From Gammaproteobacteria bacterium (GTDB taxonomy: Bacteria > Pseudomonadota > Gammaproteobacteria > Pseudomonadales > Azotimanducaceae): a stretch of 64,000 bases of DNA. Positions within the stretch are counted from its first letter, which is position 1. Every line of letters begins with the position of its first letter. The stretch covers positions 15,535 through 79,534 of the forward strand of contig PAPD01000052.1 of the NCBI GenBank assembly GCA_002708765.1, in the 5' to 3' direction. Below, piece by piece: positions 42,053 to 52,136 of this stretch. The notes beneath the pieces are model-generated. The model was not told the origin of the DNA and made no database searches. It saw only the letters and a list, made by a program, of their open reading frames with translations. The translations under genes and the position numbers were made by a program.

Positions 42053-42491
42053 GAGTGAACTGAACCGGAGTCCGATTCTCGTTCGACAAGCGAATTGGAA
42101 TAGCGATTCTCGGCTTCTGCAAAAGATTCGCTTTAATGTGTTTGTCCTGGAGCAAGGAGTAAAGGAAGAAACAGAATGGGATGGGCTGGATGAAGGTTCA
42201 TGGCACTGGCTAGCCCTAAAGCAAGGAGAAGAAGCCATCGGTGCCGCCAGATTATTGCAGACAGGGCAAATAGGGCGAATGGCGGTAATTCAGTCCCACC
42301 GATCCAGGGGCGTCGGCAGTGCGCTACTAGAAAGCGTTCTGGACAAAGCACCGGGACTCGGCTTCAAGTCCGTATTTCTGCACTCGCAAGAACATGCTAT
42401 AGAGTTTTATAAAAAATTTGGGTTTTCTGTTCTGGGAAAGAAGTTTCTCGAAGCAGACATCAAACACATAAAAATGAAAAAAATTTTCTAG
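42045..42491 (+). CDS. GNAT family N-acetyltransferase
   Basis: 148 aa, acetyl-CoA motif RSRGVGSALL...FYKKFGF. Confidence 0.8.
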   Translation: MNKSELNRSPILVRQANWNSDSRLLQKIRFNVFVLEQGVKEETEWDGLDEGSWHWLALKQGEEAIGAARLLQTGQIGRMAVIQSHRSRGVGSALLESVLDKAPGLGFKSVFLHSQEHAIEFYKKFGFSVLGKKFLEADIKHIKMKKIF

Positions 42492-42495
42492 TGCG

Positions 42496-42987
42496 CTAGA
42501 GAGCACTCTTCTCAAGAGATTTTTCGGACAGGATGATGCCATTGTTATCCGCGTAGACAAATTGTCCCGGGACGAAAGTTGCCCCACCAAACGAAACGTC
42601 TACGTCCCGCAGCCCTACCTTCCTTTTCACACTTTTAAGTGGGTGAGGAGCCAGTGCCTGTATCCCCAGATTTATTCCTTTCAATGCGTCAACATCACGC
42701 ACACATCCGTAAACGATAACCCCCTCCCAATGATTTCTGGAAGCAATTTCAGCTAAATTGTCGCCAAGCAATCCGCATCTCCAGGAACCCCCGCCATCAA
42801 CTACTAAAACTGAACCGTTACCTGATTCGGCAACCGCGTCAGCCACCAAAGAATTGTCCTCATGGCATTTGATCGTACTTATTTCTCCTCCAAAAGAACG
42901 CTTGCCACCAAAACTCCTAAAAATCGGAGCCAGAACCTCTACTAGCTCTCCATATTCATCGCACAAATCAGGCAAAACAAATTCCAT
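42496..42987 (-). CDS. rraA: RraA family protein (RNase E regulator / HMG aldolase family)
   Basis: 163 aa, LCDEY...VLVVDGGGS...GDNLA...GVIVYGCVRD. Confidence 0.85.
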   Translation of the reverse strand: MEFVLPDLCDEYGELVEVLAPIFRSFGGKRSFGGEISTIKCHEDNSLVADAVAESGNGSVLVVDGGGSWRCGLLGDNLAEIASRNHWEGVIVYGCVRDVDALKGINLGIQALAPHPLKSVKRKVGLRDVDVSFGGATFVPGQFVYADNNGIILSEKSLEKSAL

Positions 42988-43120
42988 GAAGGTCTCCAGT
43001 TAATTCAAGCGTTCAATATAACCAGAATAAGCAAGCTTTAGTATCCAAAACAGACTTAAAATCGCACACCGACACAGGTAGACTAGTAGGAAAACAAACG
43101 ATTTAGTTCCAAGTGCTCCT

Positions 43121-43564
43121 ATGATGAAGAAAGTTTCGCTCTTAATCCTTATTGTTCTGTCTACTGCCTGTGAGTACCTCCCATTCAACGGTGGGAAACT
43201 TGAAGGAATCGCGTCTCCAAATCCAGACAACTGGGCCAAACCTTTAGAAAGGGAAATCATACAACTGGAAACAAGCCCCAGTGATCCTTACTCGGTAAAT
43301 CTCTGGATAGTCAATCTTGATAACTCTCCTTACGTATACGCTGGTGAAAACTTTAGCAGGTGGGCCAAGAATATTATCAAAGATAAACGCGTTGTTCTTA
43401 AGGTTCAAGACAAGCTCTATAGACTTGAGGCGACCCGGCTAATAGATCATCAACTGTTCGAAAAATTTGCAAGCGCATGGGAAGCGAAGTACGGAAATAG
43501 ACCGATTAACGAAAACCCGGAAGAAACCTATCTATTCAAATTATCAAGAAGAGAAGCAAACTGA
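43121..43564 (+). CDS. hypothetical lipoprotein
   Basis: Lipobox LSTAC. There is a loose resemblance to small split-barrel proteins, but no firm family assignment. Confidence 0.5.
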   Translation: MMKKVSLLILIVLSTACEYLPFNGGKLEGIASPNPDNWAKPLEREIIQLETSPSDPYSVNLWIVNLDNSPYVYAGENFSRWAKNIIKDKRVVLKVQDKLYRLEATRLIDHQLFEKFASAWEAKYGNRPINENPEETYLFKLSRREAN

Positions 43565-44748
43565 CCGTAAGGCACTTTAACTCTACCATCCATTATAACC
43601 CTGGCGCTTCTGCTCATAGAGACTTTCCTGACTACCCAACCACTTTCAGTACTATCAGTTTCTGATCCTACCCTAAGGGTTCCTGAGGGGTGTCCAAAGA
43701 GAACTTCGCCGTTTTGATTCTCTCCCATCGCAACATGAACCAACGTGCCAGGTATTGTCGCGGCTGCTCCGATGGCAACCGCAGCTGTCCCCATCATAGC
43801 GTGGTGCAATTTCCCCATCGACAATGCTCTAACCACAATGTCGATATCAGAACCTGAGATCCTTTTCCCGCTAGAGGAAATATAATCCTTTGCCGGAGCT
43901 ACCATCGCAATCTTCGGGGTATGCTGACTACCAGATGCGGCTACCTCATCTTTAGCCAATCCCATTGCTATGGAACCGGATATACGAATAGCCTCAAATT
44001 TTTTCAGTGCTTTCTCATCAGAGTTTATATCAGCCTGAAGTTCAGTACCGGAGTACCCCAAATCCTTTGCACGAAGAAAAACCGTTGGTATGCCCGCGTT
44101 AATTAACGTAACTTCGAAGGCTCCATAACCAGGCACATCAAGATTATCAACGACAGAACCTGTCGGAAAAACTGAACCGCCGCCTTCATCCCCGGGATTG
44201 ATAAAATCGAGACAAACCTCCGCTGAAGGGAAAGCGACACCATCCAACTCGAAATCACCCTCCTCTTGAGGAATTCCTTCGAAAACAGGCACTTTAGCAA
44301 CAATCGTCTTTGCAATGTTTTCCTGCCATATCCTCACTTCGCATATACCATCTTCCTGAATCTTCGTTTTCTCCATCATTCCTCTGGAAATACCAAAGCC
44401 AGCCACGGCAGCAGACAAGTTTCCACAATTCCCTGACCAATCAATTTCAGGCTTATCAATAGACACCTGACCGAACAGATAATCTAAATCATGATTCTTT
44501 CGTTTACTTGGGCTAACAATCACGACCTTGCTAGTACTCGATGTCGCCCCACCCATACCATCAATGTGTTTTCCATATGGGTCTGGAGATCCGACGACTC
44601 GCAGAAAGAACATGTCCCGAGCTTCTCCAGGAGTTCTCGCAAAATCAGGCAAATCTTTTAGAGCAAAGAACACTCCTTTACTCGTACCTCCTCGAATATA
44701 GGTCGCAGGGACACTTAAACTGCGCAATTTTTTCATCTCAGTTTGCAT
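43528..44748 (-). CDS. prpF: 2-methylaconitate cis-trans isomerase PrpF
   Basis: PATYIRGGTSKG N-terminus, about 400 aa, directly downstream of acnD. An alternative ATG lies at 44736. Confidence 0.9.
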   Translation of the reverse strand: MQTEMKKLRSLSVPATYIRGGTSKGVFFALKDLPDFARTPGEARDMFFLRVVGSPDPYGKHIDGMGGATSSTSKVVIVSPSKRKNHDLDYLFGQVSIDKPEIDWSGNCGNLSAAVAGFGISRGMMEKTKIQEDGICEVRIWQENIAKTIVAKVPVFEGIPQEEGDFELDGVAFPSAEVCLDFINPGDEGGGSVFPTGSVVDNLDVPGYGAFEVTLINAGIPTVFLRAKDLGYSGTELQADINSDEKALKKFEAIRISGSIAMGLAKDEVAASGSQHTPKIAMVAPAKDYISSSGKRISGSDIDIVVRALSMGKLHHAMMGTAAVAIGAAATIPGTLVHVAMGENQNGEVLFGHPSGTLRVGSETDSTESGWVVRKVSMSRSARVIMDGRVKVPYGQFASLLDNLNR

Positions 44749-47329
44749 TTCCTTTCAGAAAATCTTGAGCAAATCTTTGAAGAACTCCTCCTGCCGTATA
44801 CACAGATAGCTCTTCTTCAGTATCTATTCGGCATATCAAAGGTATCTCTTGATAGCCCCTTGACTGCGAGGTTATACCCAAGCGTAACTGGCTCCCCGGC
44901 ACAGGATCGCCCAGCACATCAAAAACTTCAGTTCCATCAATACCTAACGTCTTCCGGGTGACTCCTCCCTGAAACTCCAACGGGAGCACACCCATGCCAA
45001 TCAAGTTAGTTCGATGAATGCGCTCAAACCCTTCCGCTACTATTACCAACACACCGGCCAGCCTAACTCCTTTTGCGGCCCAATCTCTCGACGAGCCTTG
45101 ACCATAATCTGCTCCCGCAATAATGATCAGAGGTTGCCGACGATTTATGTATGTCTCAATAGCCTCCCACATCCGTATAACCTTCCCGTCAGGTTCAATT
45201 CTTGCGAACGAGCCTTGTCTGACCTGCCCTTCCTCTACCACCATTTCATTTAGAAGCTTTGGATTAGCAAATGTAGCTCGTTGAGCCGTCAGGTGATCCC
45301 CTCTATGCGTCGCATATGAGTTGAAATCTTCTTCCGGCAAACCCATTGACGAGAGATATTCTCCAGCTGCACTGTCAGGTAATATCGCATTAGAGGGAGA
45401 GAGGTGATCGGTGGTTATATTATCGCCTAAAACAGCCAACGGCCTCATATTCTTTAATTCACGTGCACCAGAAAGAGCTCCTTCCCAATAGGGAGGACGG
45501 CGGATGTAAGTGCTCTTGTTTCTCCATTCATAAAGCGGGCTAGTCGTTTCTGACACGTCCCTTACAGGAATAAACATAGGATCATAGACTTTACGGAACT
45601 GCTCAGGTTTAACTGCTCGAGTCACAACTTCATCGATTTCTTCATCATCAGGCCAGATATCCCGGAGCCTTACAGGATTACCATTTCCGTCGTAGCCAAT
45701 AGCATCACTCTCAATATCTCCCCTAATACTTCCAGCAATAGCATAGGCAACTACGAGTGGCGGAGAAGCCAGAAAAGCCTGCTTTGCATGAGGATGAATT
45801 CTTCCATCAAAATTTCTGTTGCCAGAAAGAACCGCTGTCGCATAAAGATCCTTATCAATTATTTCCTGTTCGATTTTGGGGGCTAGGGCCCCACTCATGC
45901 CGTTGCATGTCGTGCATGCAAATGCCACCACTCCAAAACCCAGACTTTCCAGCTCACCCATCAAACCAGACTCTTCCAAATAAAGTTTAACAGCCTTAGA
46001 ACCAGGGGCTAAGGATGTCTTTACCCAGGGCTTTCTTGAAAGACCTAGCCTGTTCGCATTCCTTGCTAGAAGACCAGCCGCGATTACATTTCTTGGGTTG
46101 CTGGTATTCGTGCAACTAGTAATCGCAGCAATAATTACTGCGCCGTCAGGCATCCCAGATTTTTCGAATTTAAAGTCCGCTGCAATCTTTTTCTTCCTGA
46201 GATCGCTCGTTGCGACTCTCCGGTGAGGATTGGAGGGGCCTGCTATGTTTCTAACAACTTTTGACAAATCAAAACTTAGAACACGTTCATACTCTGCGCT
46301 GATCAAGGAAGAAGACCACAAACCACACTTCCTAGCGTACTTTTCCACAACCTCAATCTGCTTTTTCTCACGGCCAGTAAGTCTTAAATAGTCTATGGTA
46401 TTCTGGTCGATAGAAAACATCGCGGCCGTGGCACCGAATTCCGGAGTCATATTTGATATCGTAGCTCTGTCGCCTAGGGTAAGGTGAGAAGCTCCCGATC
46501 CAAAAAATTCTAGATAAGTCGAAACTACTTTCTCTTCTCTCAGGAATTCAGTTAACGCCAGCACAAGATCGGTCGCAGTAATACCTGCTCCCAGCTTTCC
46601 TAACAACTCCACGCCAACGATCTCGGGAAATCTGAGAAAAGAAGCCCTACCCAGCATTACGCTTTCTGCTTCAAGTCCTCCAACGCCTACCGCTATAACC
46701 CCTAAAGCATCAACATGAGGAGTATGACTATCCGTTCCTACCAATGTATCCGGAAAAGCAAGACCATCTCTAACCTGAATCACAGGAGACATTTTCTCCA
46801 GATTTATCTGATGCATTATCCCGTTACCTGGAGGAATAACATCAACGTTCTCGAATGCAGTTTTTGCCCAGTTTATAAAATGAAACCTGTCTTCATTTCT
46901 TCTGTCCTCGATAGCCCGATTTTTCTCGAACGCATCTTTTTCATATCCCGCATGCTCTACCGCAAGAGAGTGATCAACTATTAATTGGGTAGGAACCACT
47001 GGATTAACCTGAGCAGGATTACCTCCTTTTTCAGCGATCGCATCTCGCAGCCCCGCCAGATCAACCAAAGCGGTTTGCCCAAGTATATCGTGACAAACCA
47101 CTCTTGCAGGAAACCATGGAAAATCTAAGTCTTTTTTTCGATGAACTATCTGGTCAAGATACTTAGCGCACTCTGATTCACCGGAATTCCGCACTATATT
47201 TTCAGCAAAAATCTTCGCTGCATACGGCAATTTTTCGTAAGTACCGCTTGCGAAAGACTCTACTGCGGCCTCTGCGTCAAAATAGTCAAGGTCCGTGTCT
47301 TCGAGCTTTCCCATATAAGCCTTTCTCAT
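44738..47329 (-). CDS. acnD: Fe/S-dependent 2-methylisocitrate dehydratase AcnD
   Basis: 863-aa aconitase-family protein (ITSCTNTSNP, CTTCNG cluster motifs) located between prpC and prpF. Confidence 0.92.
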   Translation of the reverse strand: MRKAYMGKLEDTDLDYFDAEAAVESFASGTYEKLPYAAKIFAENIVRNSGESECAKYLDQIVHRKKDLDFPWFPARVVCHDILGQTALVDLAGLRDAIAEKGGNPAQVNPVVPTQLIVDHSLAVEHAGYEKDAFEKNRAIEDRRNEDRFHFINWAKTAFENVDVIPPGNGIMHQINLEKMSPVIQVRDGLAFPDTLVGTDSHTPHVDALGVIAVGVGGLEAESVMLGRASFLRFPEIVGVELLGKLGAGITATDLVLALTEFLREEKVVSTYLEFFGSGASHLTLGDRATISNMTPEFGATAAMFSIDQNTIDYLRLTGREKKQIEVVEKYARKCGLWSSSLISAEYERVLSFDLSKVVRNIAGPSNPHRRVATSDLRKKKIAADFKFEKSGMPDGAVIIAAITSCTNTSNPRNVIAAGLLARNANRLGLSRKPWVKTSLAPGSKAVKLYLEESGLMGELESLGFGVVAFACTTCNGMSGALAPKIEQEIIDKDLYATAVLSGNRNFDGRIHPHAKQAFLASPPLVVAYAIAGSIRGDIESDAIGYDGNGNPVRLRDIWPDDEEIDEVVTRAVKPEQFRKVYDPMFIPVRDVSETTSPLYEWRNKSTYIRRPPYWEGALSGARELKNMRPLAVLGDNITTDHLSPSNAILPDSAAGEYLSSMGLPEEDFNSYATHRGDHLTAQRATFANPKLLNEMVVEEGQVRQGSFARIEPDGKVIRMWEAIETYINRRQPLIIIAGADYGQGSSRDWAAKGVRLAGVLVIVAEGFERIHRTNLIGMGVLPLEFQGGVTRKTLGIDGTEVFDVLGDPVPGSQLRLGITSQSRGYQEIPLICRIDTEEELSVYTAGGVLQRFAQDFLKGNAN

Positions 47330-47382
47330 TTTTTCTCTCTCTCACACCAGCCGTTTCAAGACAAACTTCCTAAGGGAGAAAT

Positions 47383-48507
47383 CTATCTATTCTCAATGGG
47401 AACAAATTTTCTCGTGTCCGGACCAACATAGTCAGCACTAGGTCTTATCAGTCGGTTATTCGAGCGCTGCTCCATAACGTGGGCAGCCCAACCAGTTAAC
47501 CGCGACATAACAAAGATAGGTGTAAAAATCTTCGTTGGAATCGACATATAATTATAGGCTGACGCGTGGAAAAAATCGGCATTCGGAAAGAGTTGTTTTT
47601 CATCCCACATCACTTGGGCTATCTCGGAGGATATATCGAACAGCGCGCTGTCTCCGTTTTCCTCTGCAAGCTTTCTGGACCACTCCTTTATAATTCCGTT
47701 TCTAGGATCGGATGTCCGGTATATGGCATGACCAAAACCCATGATAGTCTCCTTACGTTCCAACATACCCAGCACCTGCGGCTTAACCTCTTCAACAGCA
47801 GAAAACTTCTCTATAAGCTCCATGGCTGCTTCATTCGCTCCACCGTGGAGTGGTCCGCGCAATGACCCTATCGCGCCCGTTATGCACGAGTACATATCCG
47901 AAAGTGTTGCAGCACAAACCCTAGCAGTAAATGTGCTGGCATTAAATTCATGTTCTGCATACAGTATCAGCGAACAATCCATAACGCTGCGATGCATTTC
48001 TGATGGGTTTTCTCCCAGTAGCATTTTCAGAAAATGACCCGCAGTTGTTTCCTCACCGGTATCAGTACTGACTTCTTCTCCATGATGGGAGTATCGGTAC
48101 CAGTAGCTGATGATTGCTGGTAGCGTCGCCAACAGTCTATCCCCTGCATCCTGTTGATCATCAAAACTCTTCTCTGGTTCAAGATTTCCCAGAATCGAGC
48201 ACCCGCTTCTCATAACATCCATCGGATGTGCTTCTTTTGGTATAAGTTTCAGTGCTGCCTTAAGGCCATCCGGGAGCGCTCTCATTTTAATCAGGCGCTG
48301 TTTATATGTTTCCAGTTGCTCCAACGTCGGCAACTCACCGTACAACAGCATATAGGCAACTTCCTCAAAACCTGCTTTTTGAGCTAGCTCCTCAATCGTA
48401 TATCCCCTATAAGTCAATCCGGCTCCTTCTTTACCAACCGTGCACAAAGAAGTTTCGCCAGCAGACTGTCCTCTCAACCCTGCTCCCCCAAGTTTTTTCT
48501 CAACCAT
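47383..48507 (-). CDS. prpC: 2-methylcitrate synthase
   Basis: 374-aa citrate-synthase family protein, GPLHGGANE, MGFGHAIYRTSDPR. Confidence 0.93.
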   Translation of the reverse strand: MVEKKLGGAGLRGQSAGETSLCTVGKEGAGLTYRGYTIEELAQKAGFEEVAYMLLYGELPTLEQLETYKQRLIKMRALPDGLKAALKLIPKEAHPMDVMRSGCSILGNLEPEKSFDDQQDAGDRLLATLPAIISYWYRYSHHGEEVSTDTGEETTAGHFLKMLLGENPSEMHRSVMDCSLILYAEHEFNASTFTARVCAATLSDMYSCITGAIGSLRGPLHGGANEAAMELIEKFSAVEEVKPQVLGMLERKETIMGFGHAIYRTSDPRNGIIKEWSRKLAEENGDSALFDISSEIAQVMWDEKQLFPNADFFHASAYNYMSIPTKIFTPIFVMSRLTGWAAHVMEQRSNNRLIRPSADYVGPDTRKFVPIENR

Positions 48508-48535
48508 TATTCTTCCTTTTTGTATCGATTAGTCT

Positions 48536-49411
48536 TCAATTTTTTTCTCTAGAAAAAAGGTCATCTAGCTTTTTTTCATAACCGTGATACCCCAAAAAAT
48601 CGTAGAGCTCAGCACGAGTTTGCATAATATCAAGAACAGATTGCTGGGTGCCCTGCTCTCTGAGAGCACCATAAACCTTAAACGCCGCTTGATTCATAGC
48701 TCTGAACGCTGATAGAGGGTAAAGCGCCATAGCTATCCCGACGCTTCTGAGTTCCTCCAAAGTATAAAGAGGAGTAGAACCAAATTCCGTTATATTTGCC
48801 AGGACTGGGACACTAACCGCCCGAACAACTTTCTTGTACATCGATAGATCCGTCATCGCCTCGGCAAAAATGGCGTCGGCTCCGGCTTGCTCGAAACGCA
48901 CAGCCCTCTCAATTACTTCCTCCAGACCACTAACTGCAAGAGCATCCGTTCGAGCCATAACCAAAAAATCAGAATCTGTCTTAGCGTCCACCGCCGCCTT
49001 AATCCTGTCTTCCATTTCTTCGCAACTAACAATTTCTTTGTTTGGTCGATGCCCGCACCTCTTCTGCGCTACCTGATCTTCAATATGAGCACCCGCAGCG
49101 CCGCCCCGAATCATATCTCTTATCGTTCTCGAGATATTAAATGCACCCCCCCATCCAGTATCTATATCTACCAGCAGTGGCAAATCGGAGGCTCCCGTTA
49201 TCCGTCTGACATCTTCTAATACATCATTTAATGAAGTCATTCCTAAATCAGGAAGGCCAAAGGAAGCACTGGCTACCCCTCCACCAGAAAGGTAAATAGC
49301 CTTATAGCCAGCTCTCTCTGCCATAATAGCCGAATAAGCGTTAATCGTTCCAACAACCTGAAGCGGGGATTCCAGCGCCAATGCTTCACGAAATTTTCTT
49401 CCTAACGACAT
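48536..49411 (-). CDS. prpB: methylisocitrate lyase
   Basis: 291 aa, [16 protein letters not shown] active-site loop. Confidence 0.93.
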   Translation of the reverse strand: MSLGRKFREALALESPLQVVGTINAYSAIMAERAGYKAIYLSGGGVASASFGLPDLGMTSLNDVLEDVRRITGASDLPLLVDIDTGWGGAFNISRTIRDMIRGGAAGAHIEDQVAQKRCGHRPNKEIVSCEEMEDRIKAAVDAKTDSDFLVMARTDALAVSGLEEVIERAVRFEQAGADAIFAEAMTDLSMYKKVVRAVSVPVLANITEFGSTPLYTLEELRSVGIAMALYPLSAFRAMNQAAFKVYGALREQGTQQSVLDIMQTRAELYDFLGYHGYEKKLDDLFSREKN

Positions 49412-49453
49412 TCTATAACTCCTTAGCCACTCTCTTAACCGGGTATTATATCG

Positions 49454-49480
49454 GATTATTAGCCCTAATTGATTATTAGC
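49454..49480. repeat. 10-bp direct repeat GATTATTAGC x2 (17-bp period) in the prpB upstream region
   Basis: Exact copies at 49454-49463 and 49471-49480. On the prpB strand they read GCTAATAATC and sit just upstream of a perfect TATAAT (49450-49445). Confidence 0.6.
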
Positions 49481-49495
49481 AACGTAACTTAAGTA

Positions 49496-50095
49496 TCACG
49501 GTTCCTCGTCAAAAAGAAGGCGGAGCTCTGAATATTCGTTTGCACACGGATATTGAGGAAACTCGGTAATGACTGAATCAGGCGCACGAAATAAAAATCC
49601 GGCATCTGCCTCGGCCAGCATGGTAGTGTCGTTATATGAATCACCCGCCGCTAGCACCGTATAATTCATATTCTTGAAGGCTTTGACAGATTGTCGCTTA
49701 GGATCTTTTTGACGCAAAACATAGCCCTCAACGGATCCATCGGAGGAAATTTCTAGCCTATGACAAAAGAGAGTTGGCCAACCCAACTTCTCCATCAAAG
49801 GAGATGCGAACTCGTAAAACGTATCGGATAGAATTACAACCTGATATTCCCGCCTTAGATCATCCAGGAAAGGTTTCGCACCCGGCAACGGATCAAGCTC
49901 TAGGATAACTTCTTGGATCGCAGATATGGTAAGGCCCCGCTCCTTCAATATATTGAGCCGCTTATTCATCAGAACATCATAGTCAGCGATATCTCTAGTC
50001 GTTAGTCGAAGTTCATCGATATTTGTTACTTTAGAAAATTCGATCCAGATCTCAGGAACCAGAACTCCCTCCAGGTCAAGACATACTAGGCGCAT
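49496..50095 (-). CDS. thrH: ThrH-type phosphoserine phosphatase / homoserine phosphotransferase (HAD family)
   Basis: MRLVCLDLEGVLVPEIWIEF N-terminus and about 200 aa, as in P. aeruginosa ThrH (from memory). Confidence 0.8.
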   Translation of the reverse strand: MRLVCLDLEGVLVPEIWIEFSKVTNIDELRLTTRDIADYDVLMNKRLNILKERGLTISAIQEVILELDPLPGAKPFLDDLRREYQVVILSDTFYEFASPLMEKLGWPTLFCHRLEISSDGSVEGYVLRQKDPKRQSVKAFKNMNYTVLAAGDSYNDTTMLAEADAGFLFRAPDSVITEFPQYPCANEYSELRLLFDEEP

Positions 50096-50149
50096 CGAAA
50101 AACCATACTTTTGTTATTTGAGTTAGAACAATTATAACAATAAAGCCCT

Positions 50150-51124
50150 TTATCGGAGTGGCAAATCAATCTGAGAAAGCAGGTTTTCCATTTCTAGGCT
50201 ATTAGGATCAAAAAAAGCTTCGCTAATTAATTCTCTTGATAGATGAGGCGCAAACAGCTGGACAAAATCATACATATAGCCCCTTAAAAGAGTGCCTTTT
50301 TTTCCGCCTATCATAGTAGTGCTAGGCGGGAAAAGATGACTAGCCTCAACCGCAACCAAATCCGAATCTTCGTGAGGGTCATAGGCCATTCCAGCGATTA
50401 TGCCAATCCCCAGACCAAGCCTCACATAAGTTTTTATCACGTCTGCATCTGTCGCAGTAAAAACCACGTTTGGTTCAAGTTTCTCATTTTTAAATGCCTC
50501 ATCCAGTTTTGATCTTCCGGTAAAGCCGAACACGTAGGTTACAATGGGATATTCCGAAATCATCTTTAGCGTGATTTCTGTAGACCTAGCCAACTCGTGC
50601 TCTCGCGGAAAAATAACTGATCGATTCCATTTATAACAAGGCAACATGACCAGATTCTCAAAAAGATCTAAACCCTCCGTAGCAATGGCAAAGTCTACCT
50701 GGCCATCGGAAGCTAATTCCGCAATCTGAATAGGGCTACCCTGATGCATATGTAAAGAAACACCCGGATATTCTTTTGTAAACCTGTCTATTATCGGAGG
50801 AAGTGCATACCTGGCCTGAGTGTGAGTCGTCGCAACACTCAAACTGCCAGTCTTTTCGTCCCTATATTCGTCCGCAGCTCGACGAATACTTCCCACCCGA
50901 CTAATTACCTCGCCAGCTTGTTCAATAATCGCTCGGCCTACCGGGGTAATATGGGTTAAATTTTTGCCATTACGGACGAATATCTGCACCCCCAACTCAT
51001 CTTCAAGCATCTTTATCTGTTTGCTAACTCCGGGCTGAGAGGTATGGAGACTATGCGCCGTAGCTGAAACATTTAAGTCATTTTTAGCGACTTCCCATAT
51101 ATACCTGAGCTGCTGAAGTTTCAC
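50150..51124 (-). CDS. cysB: LysR-family regulator, CysB/Cbl type
   Basis: MKLQQLRYIWEVAKNDLNVSATAHSLHTSQPGVSKQIKMLEDELG, 324 aa. Confidence 0.85.
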   Translation of the reverse strand: MKLQQLRYIWEVAKNDLNVSATAHSLHTSQPGVSKQIKMLEDELGVQIFVRNGKNLTHITPVGRAIIEQAGEVISRVGSIRRAADEYRDEKTGSLSVATTHTQARYALPPIIDRFTKEYPGVSLHMHQGSPIQIAELASDGQVDFAIATEGLDLFENLVMLPCYKWNRSVIFPREHELARSTEITLKMISEYPIVTYVFGFTGRSKLDEAFKNEKLEPNVVFTATDADVIKTYVRLGLGIGIIAGMAYDPHEDSDLVAVEASHLFPPSTTMIGGKKGTLLRGYMYDFVQLFAPHLSRELISEAFFDPNSLEMENLLSQIDLPLR

Positions 51125-51189
51125 GGATTTTTATTAATTCTTATGCATTTAGGATATTAACCCTATCATGTTTATACAAATTTAGAATA

Positions 51190-52080
51190 TCAAGAGCGGT
51201 TCTTGATTCCCGAAGGCACATGCCCAGTGAGGACCGTCGGGCTCGCAAGCCGACAATGCTCCGCTTGATCATCAAAAAAAACATCAGCTTCATAAGAGGA
51301 AAGAAATTCAGATTTTTGCAAACCACCAAGAAACAAGCTCTCGTCAAGAGACAGCCCCCAAGACCTAATTGTCTTTATAACTCTTTCGTGAGCAGGAGAA
51401 GACCTAGCAGTTACAAGCGCTGTCCTTATAGGACAATTTCCCTCCGGAAACTCTCTCTGTAACAGATTTAATGACGAAAAAAAGGACTTAAAAGGACCGC
51501 TGCGCAGAGGGATATTGGCTAGCTTTTTTTCTTTATCAAGGAAACCTTCTAGACCATGACTCTGGTAGTCTCTTTCTGCTTCATCCGAAAACAAAACCGC
51601 ATCACCATCAAACGCAAAACGTATCTCCTCCCCCGCAGGAGCACTGGAAGTACTGTAGGACAAGATGCTTGCTGCAGCGTTCCCTTCATCTAAAGCTTCT
51701 ACCACATCCTGTTTATCCGTGGAAAGAAACAGATCAACACCGAACGGACCCATGTATTTAAGGGGTTTACCCCCACCCGTAAACGCCGCTCGAGTAATGG
51801 GCAAGTTATGATATTCGATCGAGTTAAATACGCGAAGCCCAGTATCCGAGGTATTCCTGGACAGAAGAATAACCTCGACACGACCCGGCTTTCCAAGAAT
51901 CAGGTTAAGATTAAGTAGCTTCCTTACTAGATGGAAGGCTCTCCCTGGATCCAAAGGCTCATTTTCTCTGGACACCTGGTACTTCGAATATGCATCAAGG
52001 CCTTCCTCCCTATAAATTCTATCACTTTGGTCGAGATCAAAGAGCGCTGCACTTGATGTTGCTATTATCAACTTTTCCAT
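51190..52080 (-). CDS. cytosolic 5'-nucleotidase-IA-like (PF06189-type) protein
   Basis: IATSSAALFDL...YREEG..AY...PL.PG.AF resembles the bacterial 5'-nucleotidase family. The first ATG (52080) was chosen. The longer TTG-started ORF would collide with the divergent gene. Confidence 0.65.
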   Translation of the reverse strand: MEKLIIATSSAALFDLDQSDRIYREEGLDAYSKYQVSRENEPLDPGRAFHLVRKLLNLNLILGKPGRVEVILLSRNTSDTGLRVFNSIEYHNLPITRAAFTGGGKPLKYMGPFGVDLFLSTDKQDVVEALDEGNAAASILSYSTSSAPAGEEIRFAFDGDAVLFSDEAERDYQSHGLEGFLDKEKKLANIPLRSGPFKSFFSSLNLLQREFPEGNCPIRTALVTARSSPAHERVIKTIRSWGLSLDESLFLGGLQKSEFLSSYEADVFFDDQAEHCRLASPTVLTGHVPSGIKNRS

Positions 52081-52136
52081 TTCTAACGATATGCTCGACA
52101 GGTTACAATCGTCTGATCGATTATACCCCAAAATTC

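Noticed and set aside
51990-52136. Upstream extension of the VWA ORF (ORF-track start 51990), and the TTG-started extension of the 5'-nucleotidase ORF (to 52131), which would overlap each other by about 140 nt
   Set aside because: The extensions encode non-conserved, odd sequence. The first ATGs (52137 and 52080) remove the overlap and give normal N-termini.
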